Part shown: one piece after another, positions 14,801-30,934 of the stretch | Layout: each line of letters opens with the position of its first letter | How positions within the stretch are numbered: position 1 is the first letter of the stretch | NCBI RefSeq assembly: GCF_009914755.1 | Contig: NC_060926.1 | Reading direction: 5' to 3' (one strand) | Length of the DNA stretch: 64,000 nucleotides | DNA from: the human T2T-CHM13v2.0 reference genome, Homo sapiens | Translations under genes and position numbers: made by a program | The notes under the pieces: generated by a model | The model's input: only the letters and a program-made list of their open reading frames with translations | Database searches by the model: none | What the model was told of the DNA's origin: nothing

Positions 14801-15574
14801 AAAAATATATCATGCCCTTTGACCCAGTAATTCCCTGCCCAAGGAAGTAGTCACAGATTTAGACAAAAATTGAATGTTCAAATATATTAATTCCAGGACT
14901 ATCAAAAATCAAAATGCCCAGCAACTAAAGCTAATGTAAGGATAGCATGGAATATTATGCCCCATGGAAGATGATGCTTCCTAATATCCTTAATTATTCT
15001 TTGAAGTGTCCACAGCATAATCTTAAGTGAGCTCGTGGTCTTCACTGCACTCTCAAACCTGCTCTTCCTGCAGTTTTCTCCATCCTTCCAGTGGCTTGGG
15101 CAAGAAACTTTGGGGTCATCTTTGACCTCTCTCACATCTCATAGTGCTCTGCAGCAAATCCTCAGTCCCACATTTTGTAAGATTCTCCCTACTTTCCAGG
15201 CCTTCTGCAAAGCATGAACTGCAAAGGCTCGAGGAGGAAAGAAAGCAACACTGAACTCCCTTGAGTGGTTAGGGTTTTGGTTCCTAAATTAAGGCACAGT
15301 TTTCCTTTTCCTTGAATTAATTATCTAACTCTTCCTCCTAGGGCAGAATCAATGGGCCAAATGGCCTCATTGAGAACATGACATCCAAAGGGAGAGTGGC
15401 AGGAGTCAAAGTATTATTATAATGAATAGAAATAGGTGAGGGAGAAAGTAATGGGATTTCATTGGTGGCAACCCTACTTGCTGAGAATTGTTGTATATTT
15501 TCAGTGAGCAACAAATATTGTACAGCATGGAGGACCATCAAATTTAAAAGAGACCTTAAAACCAAGAGTGTGTC

Positions 15575-15911
<337 letters not shown>

Positions 15912-15996
15912 TTAGCTGCTGTGGCTATTAGACAAGTAGGCTTTGCCATTGGGTGAAGAGAGACTTAGTAGACTATTGATGTCTGATAATTCCCAT

Positions 15997-16823
15997 TATT
16001 GGGGAGGAAATGTAATTTCTTCTTAACCTTCATAAGTTCATAGTTGGGACAGACCCCTGTAACAAAAGACAGATCAGCAAAAGAAAAACAAGCAAAGTTT
16101 TTTTATTTTGTTTTTCTCTTCAGATACAGGGTCTCACTCTGTCACTAAGGCTGGGGTGCCGTGGCATGATCACAGCTGATTGAAGCCTTGAACTCCTGGG
16201 CTCAAGCAATTCTTCCTCCTCAGCCTCCCAAGTAGCTGGGACTACAGGCATGTGCCACCACGTCCCACTATTTTTTTTAAAATTTTTTGTAGAGACGGGG
16301 TCATGCTATGTTGCCCAGGCTGGTCTTGAACTCCTGACCTCAAGCAGTCCTCCTGCCCCAGACTCCCAAACCACTGAGATTATAGGCATGAGCCACCATG
16401 CCTGGCCAAGCAAGTTTATTAATGTGTGGAGGGCACAGAATGCAGGAGAAACCCCAATGAAAGGCAACTTCAAGGCAGTGGCGTCAAACTCTGGCTTATA
16501 TGCCATCTTCAGAAAAGAACAATACATTTGTAGAGAAATAACAGGACAGAAGAAAGCAATTTTAGGCTTCCAAAAGGGGGAAACTGTGGGAAGTTAGATA
16601 CATGGGAAGAAACCAATGGTGTAAGGTTTGTTTACAGATTCCTCTGGTGCTGTGTCTGGGCTGATAAGAACTATCTCCAGTAAAGAAGAATTTATATCCT
16701 GTCTTTAGGCAGAAAAGCAGGAGAATAGAGCTCATCCTCTATTTGCTGCTCTTTAATTACTTTTAGCTCAAAAATAAGTCAAATAGGCATATTTTGGGGT
16801 GACATATTCTGGTTTTCCTTTAC
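15997..16823 (-). mobile_element. ERV1 solo LTR (MER34/MER39-like) with an inserted antisense AluJ (about 16098-16407)
   Basis: GGCATATTTTGGGGTGACATATTCTG terminus and GTAACAAAAGACAGAT motif; Alu TSD AAGCAA(A)GTTT. Confidence 0.7.
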
Positions 16824-17980
16824 CTTGAAGTTGAGTCATAACACCAAAGGTTCGTCTATATCTTGCATGTACAAATAGGTAGAAAGGTTTATGCTAATTA
16901 GGTGAGCCCAGATTGGCAGGTTGTTGAAGGGCTAATTTAACTCACAAAAGGCCTTTTCGTGTTTAGAATCCCAAGGAAGAAGTTTGGACTTGGTTAAGTT
17001 ATCCTGTGATTATTTTAGAAAAGTTGTAAACCTGCTATCCTCATTAGCCCGGATTCTTCTTAATTGTGTCTTAGAAGTAATTGGGAAAGTTTTGAATGGC
17101 CTGTGGTCTGTCAGAAGTAAAGGATTTACTGCCCTGGGATAAATTATGTTCTGCATAACGAACTTTATTTTGACAATATTTTAGTTTCCCTTTGAAAACC
17201 TTATGCCCTTTCTGAAAGAAAACAGTAGATAGCTGGAACAGTCTTGGAGCTTATCTTTAGAACACAGCAAAAGGTCATCCACATGTCAAACAACAGTAGA
17301 ATAACAGATATTTAAGGTCCTTGAGGTTGTCATTCAGGACTTGTGAAAAGTACAGAGGGGGCCCCTGTTAATCTTTGGGGCATCACAGTCCAAGTATACT
17401 GTTAATGTTCCCAGGAGAAGGCAAACAAATATTGCCTATTTTGATCTAAAGGAATACTAAAAAAAGTAAAATACATATCTACAACTGTAAAATATGCAGC
17501 TTCAGGAAGCGCTGGAGATAAAGAAGTATTTGATTCTACTCAGAGAATGACTATTCTATTTATGACCTCAAGGTCCTGAGCAGATGTCTATCCCCACCTA
17601 TTGAGTTTTTTGACTGGGAGGGTAGGGATGTTACGAGGACTTGTTTAAAATATGATGAGTCCTTTCTCTATCATGCTTTTGACTATCTCAGTCCTTCTTT
17701 AGCTCTGGTTTAGAGGGTATTGTGCAAGTTTGGGTAGAAATTTAGATGGATGTTTCTGAATCTTTATGGATTCAGCCCCAATAATCCTACAGACAATTGG
17801 ATGTTTGAAACTTTGTCCTCTTTCTGTTCTAAAGTGCCTCTCAAACAATTTTGTTCATCAAAGCTTCCTTGACTAGTGACTGTAATTCTAAATTATCCTT
17901 GGTGAAATTATGGCATCTGGAAAAATAAGGCCACAAATTTTAGTGATAGCATAAATGCATTTAAGAAGCGAGAGTCTTCT

Positions 17981-18105
17981 GGGCTGGGCACAGTGGCGCA
18001 TGCCTGTAATCCCGGCTACTTGGAAGGCTGAGGAGGAGGATCGCTTGAGCCTAGAAGTTCAAGACCAGACTGGGCAACATAGTGAGACTTCATCTCAAAA
18101 ATAAA
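17981..18105 (+). mobile_element. Alu monomer (FLAM-like)
   Basis: Single Alu arm with an A-rich tail. Confidence 0.85.
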
Positions 18106-18431
18106 TAATTAAAAATTAAAGTTATGAAATTTATTTTAAAAAGAAGAAAAAATCTGAATTTGGATTTTTTGGAGGGAAAAAGAAGCAGGAATCTTATGAA
18201 GCAGGAGTACAGGTTTAGGATTAAACTGAGACAAAGCCATAATTCTAGGAACAGTCAGTCCAGAGTAACTCAGGTTTAACTCCTCCTGCCCTAAGCAAAT
18301 GCCTGGGCCTTCCAACTACAAACTCCAAGCAGATTAACAGTTCCTAGAGGACAGAAAGGTTTGGAGAGGAGAACTCTCCCAGAGCCAGACTTCCATGGAC
18401 AAAGCAAGAGAAGACTGAGGAAAGTTCTCAT

Positions 18432-19060
18432 AGGGTGTATTTGTAATCACCCAAAACTGGAGACAACCCTGACATCCTCAGTGGGTGAATGAGTAGACTG
18501 TGGTACATCCATACGTGTGCCATTGTTTGGAATACTACTCAGCAATAAAGAGGAACCATTAATCCGTGCAACAACTTGGATGGAAGTTAAAGGCGCTATG
18601 CTGAGAAGAAAAAAAGCCAGTCTCAAAAGGTTACTGGATGATTTCATGTATATAACGTTGACAAAATGACAAAATTATAGAGTAATGGGGAACAGGTCTG
18701 TGGTGGCCAGGGGATAGGGTTGGGGGGGAGGGCACAGCTATAAAGGGGTAGCATGAGGGAGTTTCTTTGAGATTATAGAACAGGTCTGTATTCTGGTAGG
18801 GTGGTGATTCCATGAATCCATCCATGTGATAAAATTTCATGGAGTATATGCCAAAAAAAAGAGTGCATGTAAAAACTGATGAAATCCAAATAAGGTCTGT
18901 AGTTTACTTACAAATGTGCCAATGTGGATTTCCTGGTTTTAATAATTGTTATGTAAGATGTTACTGGGGGAAGCTGGATGAGTAGACATGAAATACATGA
19001 GAATTATTTGTTCTGTTTTGCAACTGTGAGTCTAAAATCATTTCAAAGTACAAAAGTTTA
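18432..19060 (+). mobile_element. L1M (L1MC/MB-type) 3' end fragment
   Basis: AAAACTGGAGACAACCC...GAATACTACTCAGCAATAAA...GCAACTGTGAGTCTAAAAT. Confidence 0.8.
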
Positions 19061-20077
19061 CAGAAAATTGGAGGGACTCTCTTGGGAATCTCTTCAGCTT
19101 TTACTAGAAAAGATAATATAAAATCCTCTGCAGAATTATAAATTGAATGCAGTTTCTAAGCACTGTAATTTCATTTGTTGTAATTTTGATTTGGAAATTA
19201 TTTTAACTATAGTATTAGCAATATTTTGTATTGTTGACTAAAATACTGTGTACCTGAAAAGAAAATCCTCTGGAGAGTTTCCCTTCTAGATAAAATAACT
19301 CCTTAACAATGGCATACAGAGCTACTGGTGATGTGGCTTTCGTCTGCCTTTTTAGCCACATCACCTTCTGCCCCAACATGACTCTGGGATGAGCTACTTG
19401 CAGTCCTTTCCTTCCTCCCCATGCATTCCCCTTTCCTCTTAACTCTTACCTGCCTGATGAGTTTCTCCTTCAAGACCCAGTTCAAACCATGTTTCCTTTA
19501 CAAAGCTTTCCCTGATGCAGGAAGCAGAGTTGCTCCAGCAGCTCCTGTATCTGGAGTTGGAGCATGATGTGTTGCCCTTTGGTTATTTCGTTCAGTTGTC
19601 CAGCTCTCACCTAAGTTCATTAATTTCTCGAGGGCCCAGAGTGGGTTCATTTCTTCCTATAGGTCCTGTGCTGGCACAGGGGCTGGCACACAGCATTGGG
19701 TGCTGAAGCACACACTCCACAAATGGTGATGAGTGACTGATTGAATCTGAGGCTCTGCAATGTCCTTAGAAAGCAATTTTGTCTATTCTTCCTGCCTTAA
19801 TACAGTAATTTTCCACAAAACCAAACATTAAAAAGGGCTCTGATTAACCACAGTTAAACAAAGTTAATCAATATGTACAACATTATTTTCCAAACATTCA
19901 ACTTAGTTAAGACTTTATTATATAAACACATTTCTTATCTTGCTTTTCATTTGTGATACAGTGTTGTGAGTAGCTGGAGAAAGATCGTGAGTCGCACTCA
20001 TGGGTCTTCTTGGACAGATAAAATCTAGAACTTGAGGGTAGGATATGGAGTCTGAAGGGGGATGGGTGAGATGTTGA

Positions 20078-20443
<366 letters not shown>

Positions 20444-21175
20444 TAACTGAAAGAACCAAAATGCTCTCCACCCTGCAGGCAGTCACTCACTATCTACCTG
20501 AAGTGCTGCAGCAGACACACATGGCTGTGATGACAAATGCCTGATGTCCCTCTCCAGCTTCCTCCTGGGCAAGTGATCAAGGACTCCACAATCATCCGCA
20601 GGTCTAGCTGCTGTCCCCACACTCCAACAAAATGACTCAGAGTTTCATCATTTCTTATTGCACAATCTAATGACCATATCGCCACCTCTGGTCTGGTAGC
20701 TTCATTAAACAGGGCAGATGACCTCCTCTTTGAAAGTGGGCCCTCCCTTGGCTCCTAAGACATCACCTTCTCTCCACCTCCTCTATTTTCATCGCGTCCC
20801 TAACATTCCTCCAGGACTGAGTCATTGGTCTTATGCTCTTTTTTTAAAATAAAAGTAATAATAAATATGTTTCCCATGTCCAGAATTTCCCATTTTCTCC
20901 TCGCTGCTTTCTGGCATCCTGTCATCTTTAAAGGCCCAATTAGGTGCCACCTTCCTCCAGAAACCCTCTAACTGCTGATCCCCCTCTCATCTTTTTCATG
21001 TGCCTGGAACACTTAAAAGCCAAAGGTGCTTTCACTATTTAGCACTTCATATATTCTGCTTTGTGGCGTCCCTTGTTATTTTATAAATTACTCTTACCTC
21101 TTCAACCAAAGAAAAGCTCCTTAATAAAGACAAGACCCATGCCTTGAAATGATCCCATGTCCTCATGATGCCTCA

Positions 21176-21949
<774 letters not shown>

Positions 21950-24911
21950 TCAAGGGGTGAAATCTGGGCAAGTCATCCTGCTCTAGAGCTGTGAAAAATC
22001 AAATCGTCCTTCCTGCACCAGTGTGGTGGTGTGGAAAGAGCATGGGATTTGTGTTCATTTGGCCAGGTTCAGCTCTGATCTTGCCAGTGGTTGATCTTGA
22101 ACTTGGAAAAGTCACTGGAATCCTCATCCTTCATTTCCTCAAAAGCAAAATTGAGGTAACAACTCAAAGGCTTTCTGGAGCTGGATGCTGTAATCCACAA
22201 GAGTGGCATTTCTGGTGGGAATTTCGGGCACTATGGTAGGGCAGGAGAGAAGCTATCTGCAGGCCTTCTGGAAGCTCTCCAGTGCATGTCCCCACTGGGG
22301 TGGGGGCTGACTGTCTCCACGTGGGGTTAGTCCTGCAGAACAGGCAGGTAGAGTAGAGTCTGAGGGCATGAGGAAAGGCAGTCTACTGGAGAGGGCACAG
22401 AGAGTTCAACAAACACTGAAACTTAAGTTTGTCCTGGACATCTTCAGCATCCGACTTTCTGGTGGAAAGCTTAAAGTATAAATGACTGTGCCCTCTCAAA
22501 AGGGCACAGAAGTAAAACTGGGAGGATTTTGGGAGGGGACTGGATGTGGGGTGAAAGGTATGGTGAGAGCAGAGAAGAGGGGCCTGAGCCTGGGGTCAGG
22601 GGAAAGTAGGCTAAACAATTCACAGGATGCAGACATTTCAGAGAAGGGTGACACATCACTTGGCCCTGAACAACAACTATAAGCCAGACAGTCCAAAGAG
22701 ACATAGTTCCAAAGGAACATAAAGTGACATGGCTTGTTATGTGTCCCCAGAGACATGGATGTGCTTTTGGAACTTGAAGGATAATTAAAAAAACATCAGA
22801 CCCACCAGGGCTGCTGCAAACATGACAGTTCCCTTCCCAACACGTCATGGCAGCTGCTGCAGCTCCCTTCCCTCTATCCTGAGGCTAGCCACAGATGGGC
22901 CAGCAGCCCACCCCCAGAGCAGACCAAGCAGAGAGGTGCTCCCAGGAGTTACCAGGTTCCACTCTCGGAACCATCTTAAAATCCTGTTCTGGGAAATCCA
23001 GCAGCACCATGTTATATGCATTAGAGGGAGACTGTTTAAATCCCTTGCCAAGGTTCCCAAGGCTTCGTGCTGCATCTGTTTGCGTGTAGCCAGGGAGTGC
23101 AGCTAGCATTCTCCTCTCCTTGCTTCTCCATGTAGCCAGTGGCACCTCCTCAGGGTCAACAAACAAGAAATAAAAGCAGAAAACCACACTTTCTGAGTCC
23201 ACCTGCCATCTGAACCCCCCAAACCCTAGTTTAACCTCTCCCATTCATTCATTCATTCATTCAATAAATATATAGGTACTGAGAAGCTATTGTGCACTGA
23301 GCCCTGAGCCAGTACTAATTGAGGGAAGAAATGGGCAACATAGCTTCAAAAGCACAGCTCTGTCTTTCTGCCTGAGGCAGCAGAGAGTGGATACCCAAGG
23401 CTGTCCCTACTCTCTCCCTGCTCAGGACCCTGATCAGAGGGTCTGTGGGAATTGGGTCAGGGTGCAGGAAAGAAGATGTTGAGTCAGATATGTCTATGTC
23501 AGTGATCTTGCCTATCAGTAAAGGTTGCTCAGCCCCCAAAGCAGCGTGATGGTGAACCTTTGGCTCCTGCCAGCGGTACTCATTATCCTTCCAACAGCCC
23601 CATGCTCAATCATACCATCATTCTGATGCTTCATGAGAACTGAGGCTTGGATATCTTCGCCTACTTGCTTGTGTCTCACAGGCAGCGAATGGCAAAGCCT
23701 GTAGCCAAGTCACACTGTCTGCCTTCTGCTGGGAGCCTTGGATTGATGGGTGACTCCATGGACATTTGTTGACCTAAAAAGTAGGTGTTTGAGGAACTGA
23801 AAGATCTCCAGCAAAGAACGTTTAGAAAGAAAATATTGCCTATCTGCCCACCTAGATGAACCCTACTGAAATGGATTGATTTTAGCGATGAGAAATTTTG
23901 TTTACTATACTGCAGGGTTTCTGTTAACCCTCGAAGTTATGGTCAGATAGGGTGACCTAGCCAGAACCTACCCCAAGGACTCCTTCCCTGGCTAGCAGCT
24001 ACAGGGATGTGGCACCATTATCCCAACCAGCCTGGGGAGAGCCTTAGTAAGAGTTCAGATCATTATTCAGCAGGACATGTCCAGGATCCCAGTGGCTGGA
24101 ACTTCAGCAGGGCTCAGGGTCTTAGAGTTGTGACCTAAAAGTGTTGTGAGAACAAAATCCTGGAGGAGTTTCAGTCCCTACCTGAACCCACAGCCGTCCA
24201 GATCCCTGTCCTGGATGTGTGGGAGGGGGCGCATGCTGGGCTCCAGGCCAACCCTGCAAATACTCCACTTGCCCCGTCTCTGCATTGATTAATCCAGCTT
24301 TGAGAGGCTGAGCCTCTCAATGAATCAGGTCCTTGCTCAGCCATAAGAAGAAGGTGATTGGCCAGGTCTGCCAGGGCTTTGTGACCCGCTGGCTTGCTCC
24401 CCAGCCCCTCAGAACCCCTCAGCCCCGCCTGCACATACTGCCTCCATGCAAGCCCAGAATAACCTGGATGTGTGACTCACAGGGGTAGGGGTAGCAATTT
24501 TGCAGATTTTCCAAACAGGTGACTTCAGCCCCCGGGCCTGGGCAGGAAGGGGTAGCCCAGTGACAATGGGCATAGTCCCACTTCAGGAACGGGAAACGTG
24601 TTGGCTGGCTCTGTGGAGTTCTCTCTCTTCTGATCCCACAGCATCTGTTCCAGTTGTCTTGGCCGGTAGGATGGCGTCTACAAAGCAGGCTATATGGGAA
24701 ATCTGGAGCTGGGGAGGGATTGTGGTCAGAGCCCAGCTTTGGGAAGCCCATGTGGCTGTCTCAAGGCAAAGCAGCAGAGAAAAGTTCTGTAGTCTGTCTC
24801 CTTTCTGGACTGGCATTTCCATGGTCTGAGACCAGAGGCTGGCTGTGTGTCAGGCACCTACTCCTCGAACAAATGCCCTTAGATTCTCACTGTCTGTCCC
24901 CGCGATGCTGA

Positions 24912-25135
24912 CAGCACTTGCCAAATACATACTGAATGTCAGGCTCTGTGCTCAGCACTGTGTACACATGGCTCACTTAATCCTCATAACTGTTCTGTGA
25001 GGTGGGAGCTGTCACTGTCCTCACTTTATAGATGAGGACACTGAGACCTAAAGTCAAGTCAGACAGCTAGGACATGGTACAACTAGGATTTGAACCCACC
25101 TGATGTGCCTGGAGATCTAGTGTTCTTAAGCACTA
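24912..25135 (-). mobile_element. MIR SINE, near full length
   Basis: TTAATCCTCATAAC...TTTATAGATGAGGACACTGAG...GGATTTGAACCCA. Confidence 0.85.
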
Positions 25136-26042
25136 CCTTTCTGGAGCTTGCTGGAGGCATGCTGGCCACCTCCTTCAGGACTGGTAGACCTGGTGTGTCT
25201 TTCATAGCCACGCTGGGCAGAGGGTGGAGGCCTGGAAACTGCAGGGGGTTCTTCCAGGGACCAGCCAGAACAGGGCTAAACTTGGGGTAAAAAGAGCTCT
25301 AGAGAATTAGAGAAGACTGAGGGCCCCTAAATTACCCTTAAGACATATTTGTGGAAGACAGATTTAAAAACAAAAAGCCAAAATTAGATTTAGGCTGGTG
25401 ATAAGGTCATTAAATAATAGAATGTGAAATTTCAGTTGTGCAGACTTATTGGCCATCTTTATGATTTAAGAATATAAGTGCCTAGATCTAAGTGCAGTCC
25501 TAATCGCCTGGGAAGGAAGCAGATGGTCTCTAGAAACCCTTCTGACCATGGGTTAGTGGGATTTGGTCTTGATGACCATTTTTAAGGCCTCAGTCTGCAG
25601 AATGACCAGCAGCTTCCCCTCCCGCAATGAGAGCTGTAATTGCCTTTCCCAGTTGCCTGTGAATGCACCATGAACCTTACAGTCCTAGTATAGGAAATGA
25701 CTCAGCAAAATCACCAGATTAAACCTCCTCAACTTTTCTTTCCCTTGGCTCCATTCCTGATAGCAGGAGTCGAGGCCCTTCAGAGCAGGCTTTCCCCAAA
25801 GCCACGTTGTCGGTCTGATCCTCGAATGGGGATCCGCCTGGATGATGACATGCCACAATCCAATCAGGGTCTGTTTCTCCTGACAGTCACATGTGCCAAA
25901 GATCATGGTAGAAACATGTGGATGGGGTTGGAAGACACTGCTACTACATCTCTTGGGACAGAGCCTGCCCCCTCCGAGTGGCTACCTACCATTCTCTCCG
26001 GGGAGGTGAAGGAGCTCTTGGGAACAAGTGTGTTATTATTAA

Positions 26043-26363
<321 letters not shown>

Positions 26364-28512
26364 AGGTTATGTCTTTGCTGTAATTGGAGGCAGCTGGTCC
26401 ACTTAGACCCTGATGCTTGGGCAAATACTTTATACACCTCTGCCCCCAGCAGCTGGTCTGGTGTGAGTCCAGGCCCAAGTCAACCCCCAATGCAAAAGCC
26501 AATCAGAAGTTGGACCTCTTTGGTGAGTTCAAACTGTGGTTTTAGGGGATACGGAGGCTGGCTTAGTTCAGTCCAGGATCTTAGAACAGCCCCAATGCTC
26601 CAGGCCCCTCAGCCAGCCCAGCTTTTAGAGGCTCCCAATTTGAGCTCTAAACTGAGCTCTGGAAAGGGGGTTTGGGGGATGGGGGATACATTTAAAGGAG
26701 TTTTTGCTCAGGACCTGGGTGCCACCTGCTGGCCATGTTTAGTTCTACTTACAGAGCCAAATCTACGAGAGGAAAATTAAAAGGGCATCCTGCCCTCCCC
26801 AATGTGATGTTTGCTCAAAGGAAACAAGGAGGCTGTTACTTCATGCTGCCCTAGCAGGTGCAGCAGAGAATTCCTGCAGAGACCCCTGGGTGCCCTGGAT
26901 GAGTCCTCCTGAGCCAAATGGACCCCCACTAGGGCAGAGTGTAGCACCAGTTGTGAGGACCTGAGCGAGTCCTGAGTAGGGACTGAAGCTGTGTTCCTGC
27001 TACTAGCTACCTGCTTCCCCAGAAGCCCCATAGTGGGTAACAGCATGATTCGTTGCTGGGTCCTGAAAGGAGCCATTTTTTCCAGCTTCCTTCACACAGG
27101 CACTGCTGCCACTCATGGGACCCTAGAGTCAGACCGAAGGTATGGAAAATGCCCTCCCTTCATCAGGCATTGACAAGACTGGGTCAATGCTGAGAAGACC
27201 TGGGCATTTTTCAAGCCGCTATGTGGCTCTTAGTGACTCTTGGGAGCCCTAAAAGCAAGGCCTTTAGTTGTGTTCTAAACTCCAGGGAAACTGGAGATTT
27301 TCCCTGTGTGCCAAGGACTGGCTAGTATTTTCCCCCCAGATAAGTGGCAGAACATCCCAATGTTCCAGCCTTTGCCATTGCAACAAAAGCCAGTAAATCA
27401 CAGCTAAGTATGCATATCAAATGAAGGCTGTGGTTCTCATACAGGGCTGTGCACCAGAATCATCTGGGCTATTCTTTAAAATTATGTGTGTGTGTGTGTA
27501 AAATATGTGCATATAACATATAATGTATATATAATATATCATACACACACACACTTGGGCTGCACTGTAGCCTCTTGAAGTCTCTGCAGGAGAAGCCAGT
27601 GGACTCTCCTAGTAAAGAATCTCTGCAATGCATGGAAGAGGCCTGAACCATTAGCAGGTCCAATCCTGTGGAACCAGGAAAGCTGCCCCCAGGCTGGAAG
27701 ACCCTTGAGGCTCAAATGATTTCAATCAAAAACTGGAGGATATATTTGGACTAAGACCATTGCCTTTCCTTTTCTTCAGTAGTCACCCCTTGAAATTCAT
27801 ACACTTTAAGCAGAACAAAGTCCCTAAAGTGGCTCGGAAACTCCCAGGGCCAACCTAAGACTACTCCTTGCCCCCAGAACCACCCAAGACCAGATCAGCC
27901 CCTCTGAGGCCTGTCAGCCACAGCTGGCCCAGAATCACTCTGCCCCAGGGGCCTCATAGGGAAATGAGTCTCTGAGCCTGTGGAACACTCCTGCAGAGTC
28001 ATTCTGGACAGTTCCCGGAATAGCTGGTGCCCTCTGCACCAGCTCCTGGCCGTCCTCTGCACCCTCCCTGGGGACCTGGCAGAGTCTGACCACTGTGGCC
28101 CTGGGGTCATTCACATCCATCTCTCTACCTCTGCATGCCCTCTCCTTCCCTATTCTTGTGGCACTTGCTGTTTCTAGCACACTTTGGGGCATTTGGTTAT
28201 ACTGTTCTCATGTGTGCATTACTCTCCCCAATAAGATTATGAACTCCTTGAGGACAGGGACAAATCTTTTCAATTTCTTGCAGTCCACAACTAAATAATA
28301 CTCATCAAAATCAGATGCCCTTTCCTTGACCCTACCCACTCTGCCCCTTCGGCAAGCTTAGCATCCATCCACCCATCCACTCCTCCTCCTGTTACTTTAG
28401 GTGCATCCTGGGAACTCAGAAACACTCCCCTGACTCCAGTCTGCAATTCCACTCCACCAATATGGTTAGGCAGTTATTATCCACCAAGAACTGGTGTAGA
28501 ACCCGAAAGTGA

Positions 28513-28876
<364 letters not shown>

Positions 28877-29616
28877 CTCACACACATGATTTCAACAGAC
28901 CATGTGGGATGCCATGAAGAGCCGTGCCCAGGGTGCTGTAGGATCATGGGCACATGTCTCCCACAGAGGGGGTCAGAAAAAGTCCCCTGGAGCTAAAGCA
29001 GAGTCCTGAGGCTGAGTGCTGGGGGAGGGAGGATGGCGGGGGGATGGTGGGGGGATGGCAGGGGGATGGCAGGGGGACCCAGGCCAGAAGGTGATGAGAC
29101 ATGATTCAGAAAGAGGAGAGGACACGAGGCATCACTCAATGGTTCAACGTTACTGAACGTCTTGCCTGTGACAGGCCTGGATACCCCACTCTTGGCTTCA
29201 AGACATGGGGCGCAGGCATTTAAACAAGTCCAATGGTGAGCGCAAGGGCCAAGATGCAGGGCAGTGGGCGCAGAGACGTTGTGGAGGAGGAAACTCAAGT
29301 GCAGTCAACATTACTCTCGGAAAGCTCTGAAATTGCCAGGTCTTGAGTCTTTAGGCGCTCCCAAGACAATAATTCATTTCTGTTTCTCTTGGCTTTTTGG
29401 CCCCGCCTGGCCTCCCTTTGCCTGGGCAATGAAGGACAAGGTTTATTTTTCAAAGGAGGAAGAACTAGGAATAAAGAAGAGGGTTTTCTCTCATGATTTT
29501 TCTTCAAAGCATTCATTTAAGTTAAACATGCTCTGTCCTATGTACTTGGGGTCAGGGGTGGGAACGTAAGTGGCACACAGCTCTGCAGATGCCTTGCTGA
29601 GCCTCCCTGTCTAAAG

Positions 29617-29784
29617 CAGTACTACTCAAACAGGACTGTGCCTGCAGATCCTCCGGGCATCTTGGTCAAAGGCAGTTTCTCATTTAGTTAGGTCTGGGGG
29701 AGGACAAGAGAATTGGAATTTCTAACCAGCTGATCCCCATATAGTCCCAGTGCGCAGGTCTGGGGCCACAATTGAGAACCATGG
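29617..29784. mobile_element. MER5A-like hAT element
   Basis: CAGTACTACTCAAAC...TTTCTAACCAGCT...CCACAATTGAGAACCATGG. Confidence 0.7.
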
Positions 29785-30598
29785 AACAGAGAATGAATGA
29801 ACTTTGGGGTGGGGACGGCATTCCAGACAGAGGGTGAGTAGGAAGCTGCCTATAGCTCCTAACTGGGGAATCAAAGTAGGAGATAAGGCTGAAGAGGTGG
29901 GGTCCCCTTATGAGTTTGATAAGTGGTCAGGAGGAGTCACATGATAACAGCAGATGCCTGCGACAGGCAGGGAAATATTCTTTCTGTAAGAATATAAGGT
30001 GTATAAGATGTATCTTATTTCACAGAGACACTTTACATATTAAACCTGAAGAAATATTCTTCACTCACTCCAGAAACACATGTCCTCACAATTCTCGGAA
30101 AACACAGTCCTTTTGACCTATCTTGTTTTTCCATTTCTGATAAAGATGTGGTTACAAGAAATATGTCCTTTTCTTAACGGCGCAAGTCAGTTAGCAGCAG
30201 CAGCTGACCCTTGGCCTCTGGGGTGGGAAGGAGGCTCACTGCTGGCTCCACTCCAACTGCTGGTTTCAGTGCGGGAGCATAGGGTCAGAGTGGCCAAAAG
30301 AAGCCAGAAATCCCAAGTTGTTAAACATCTGAACTTTAAAATATTGGGCACTAATTCAAAACTGTTTCCAACACTATGAGTGCTGAACAGTTTAAGTCTG
30401 CAAGGCAAATTCGGCCAAGGAGTGTCTCTTTTATGACTGCTGGCTGAAAGGACTTGAAGTGGGGGAGGGCGGTGGCCAGACCTGCTTTTAGGTAGATTCT
30501 GACTACAGCAATGTCAAGGATGGATTAAGAGGAGGGAGAGACTGGAGGCTGGAAGGCCTTTTAGGAGGCTCCTGCTAGCCTGGGCTAGAGAGAAAATA

Positions 30599-30934
30599 CA
30601 GTCAGCCCTTCACATCCGTGGGATCCACATCTGTGGATTCAATCAAATACCGATCAAAAATATTCAGGAAAAAAAAAGGATTGTTGCATTGCTTACAGAC
30701 TTTTTTTTCATGTCATGATTTCCTAAACAATACAGTATAACAACTATTTACATCGAAGTGACATGGTAGTAGGTATTATAAGTAATCTAGAGATGATTTA
30801 AATCATACAGGAGGATGTGTGTAGGTTAACTGTAAATACTACATCATTTTATATAAGGGACTTGACTGTGCATTGACTTTGGTATGGGGAGATGTTCTGG
30901 AACAAATTCCCTCATGAATACCAAGGGACAACGG
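30599..30934. mobile_element. MER2 (TcMar-Tigger) element
   Basis: TA-flanked; CAGTCAGCCCT...GTATTATAAGTAATCTAGAGATGATTTAAA...AGGGACAACGG. Confidence 0.8.
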
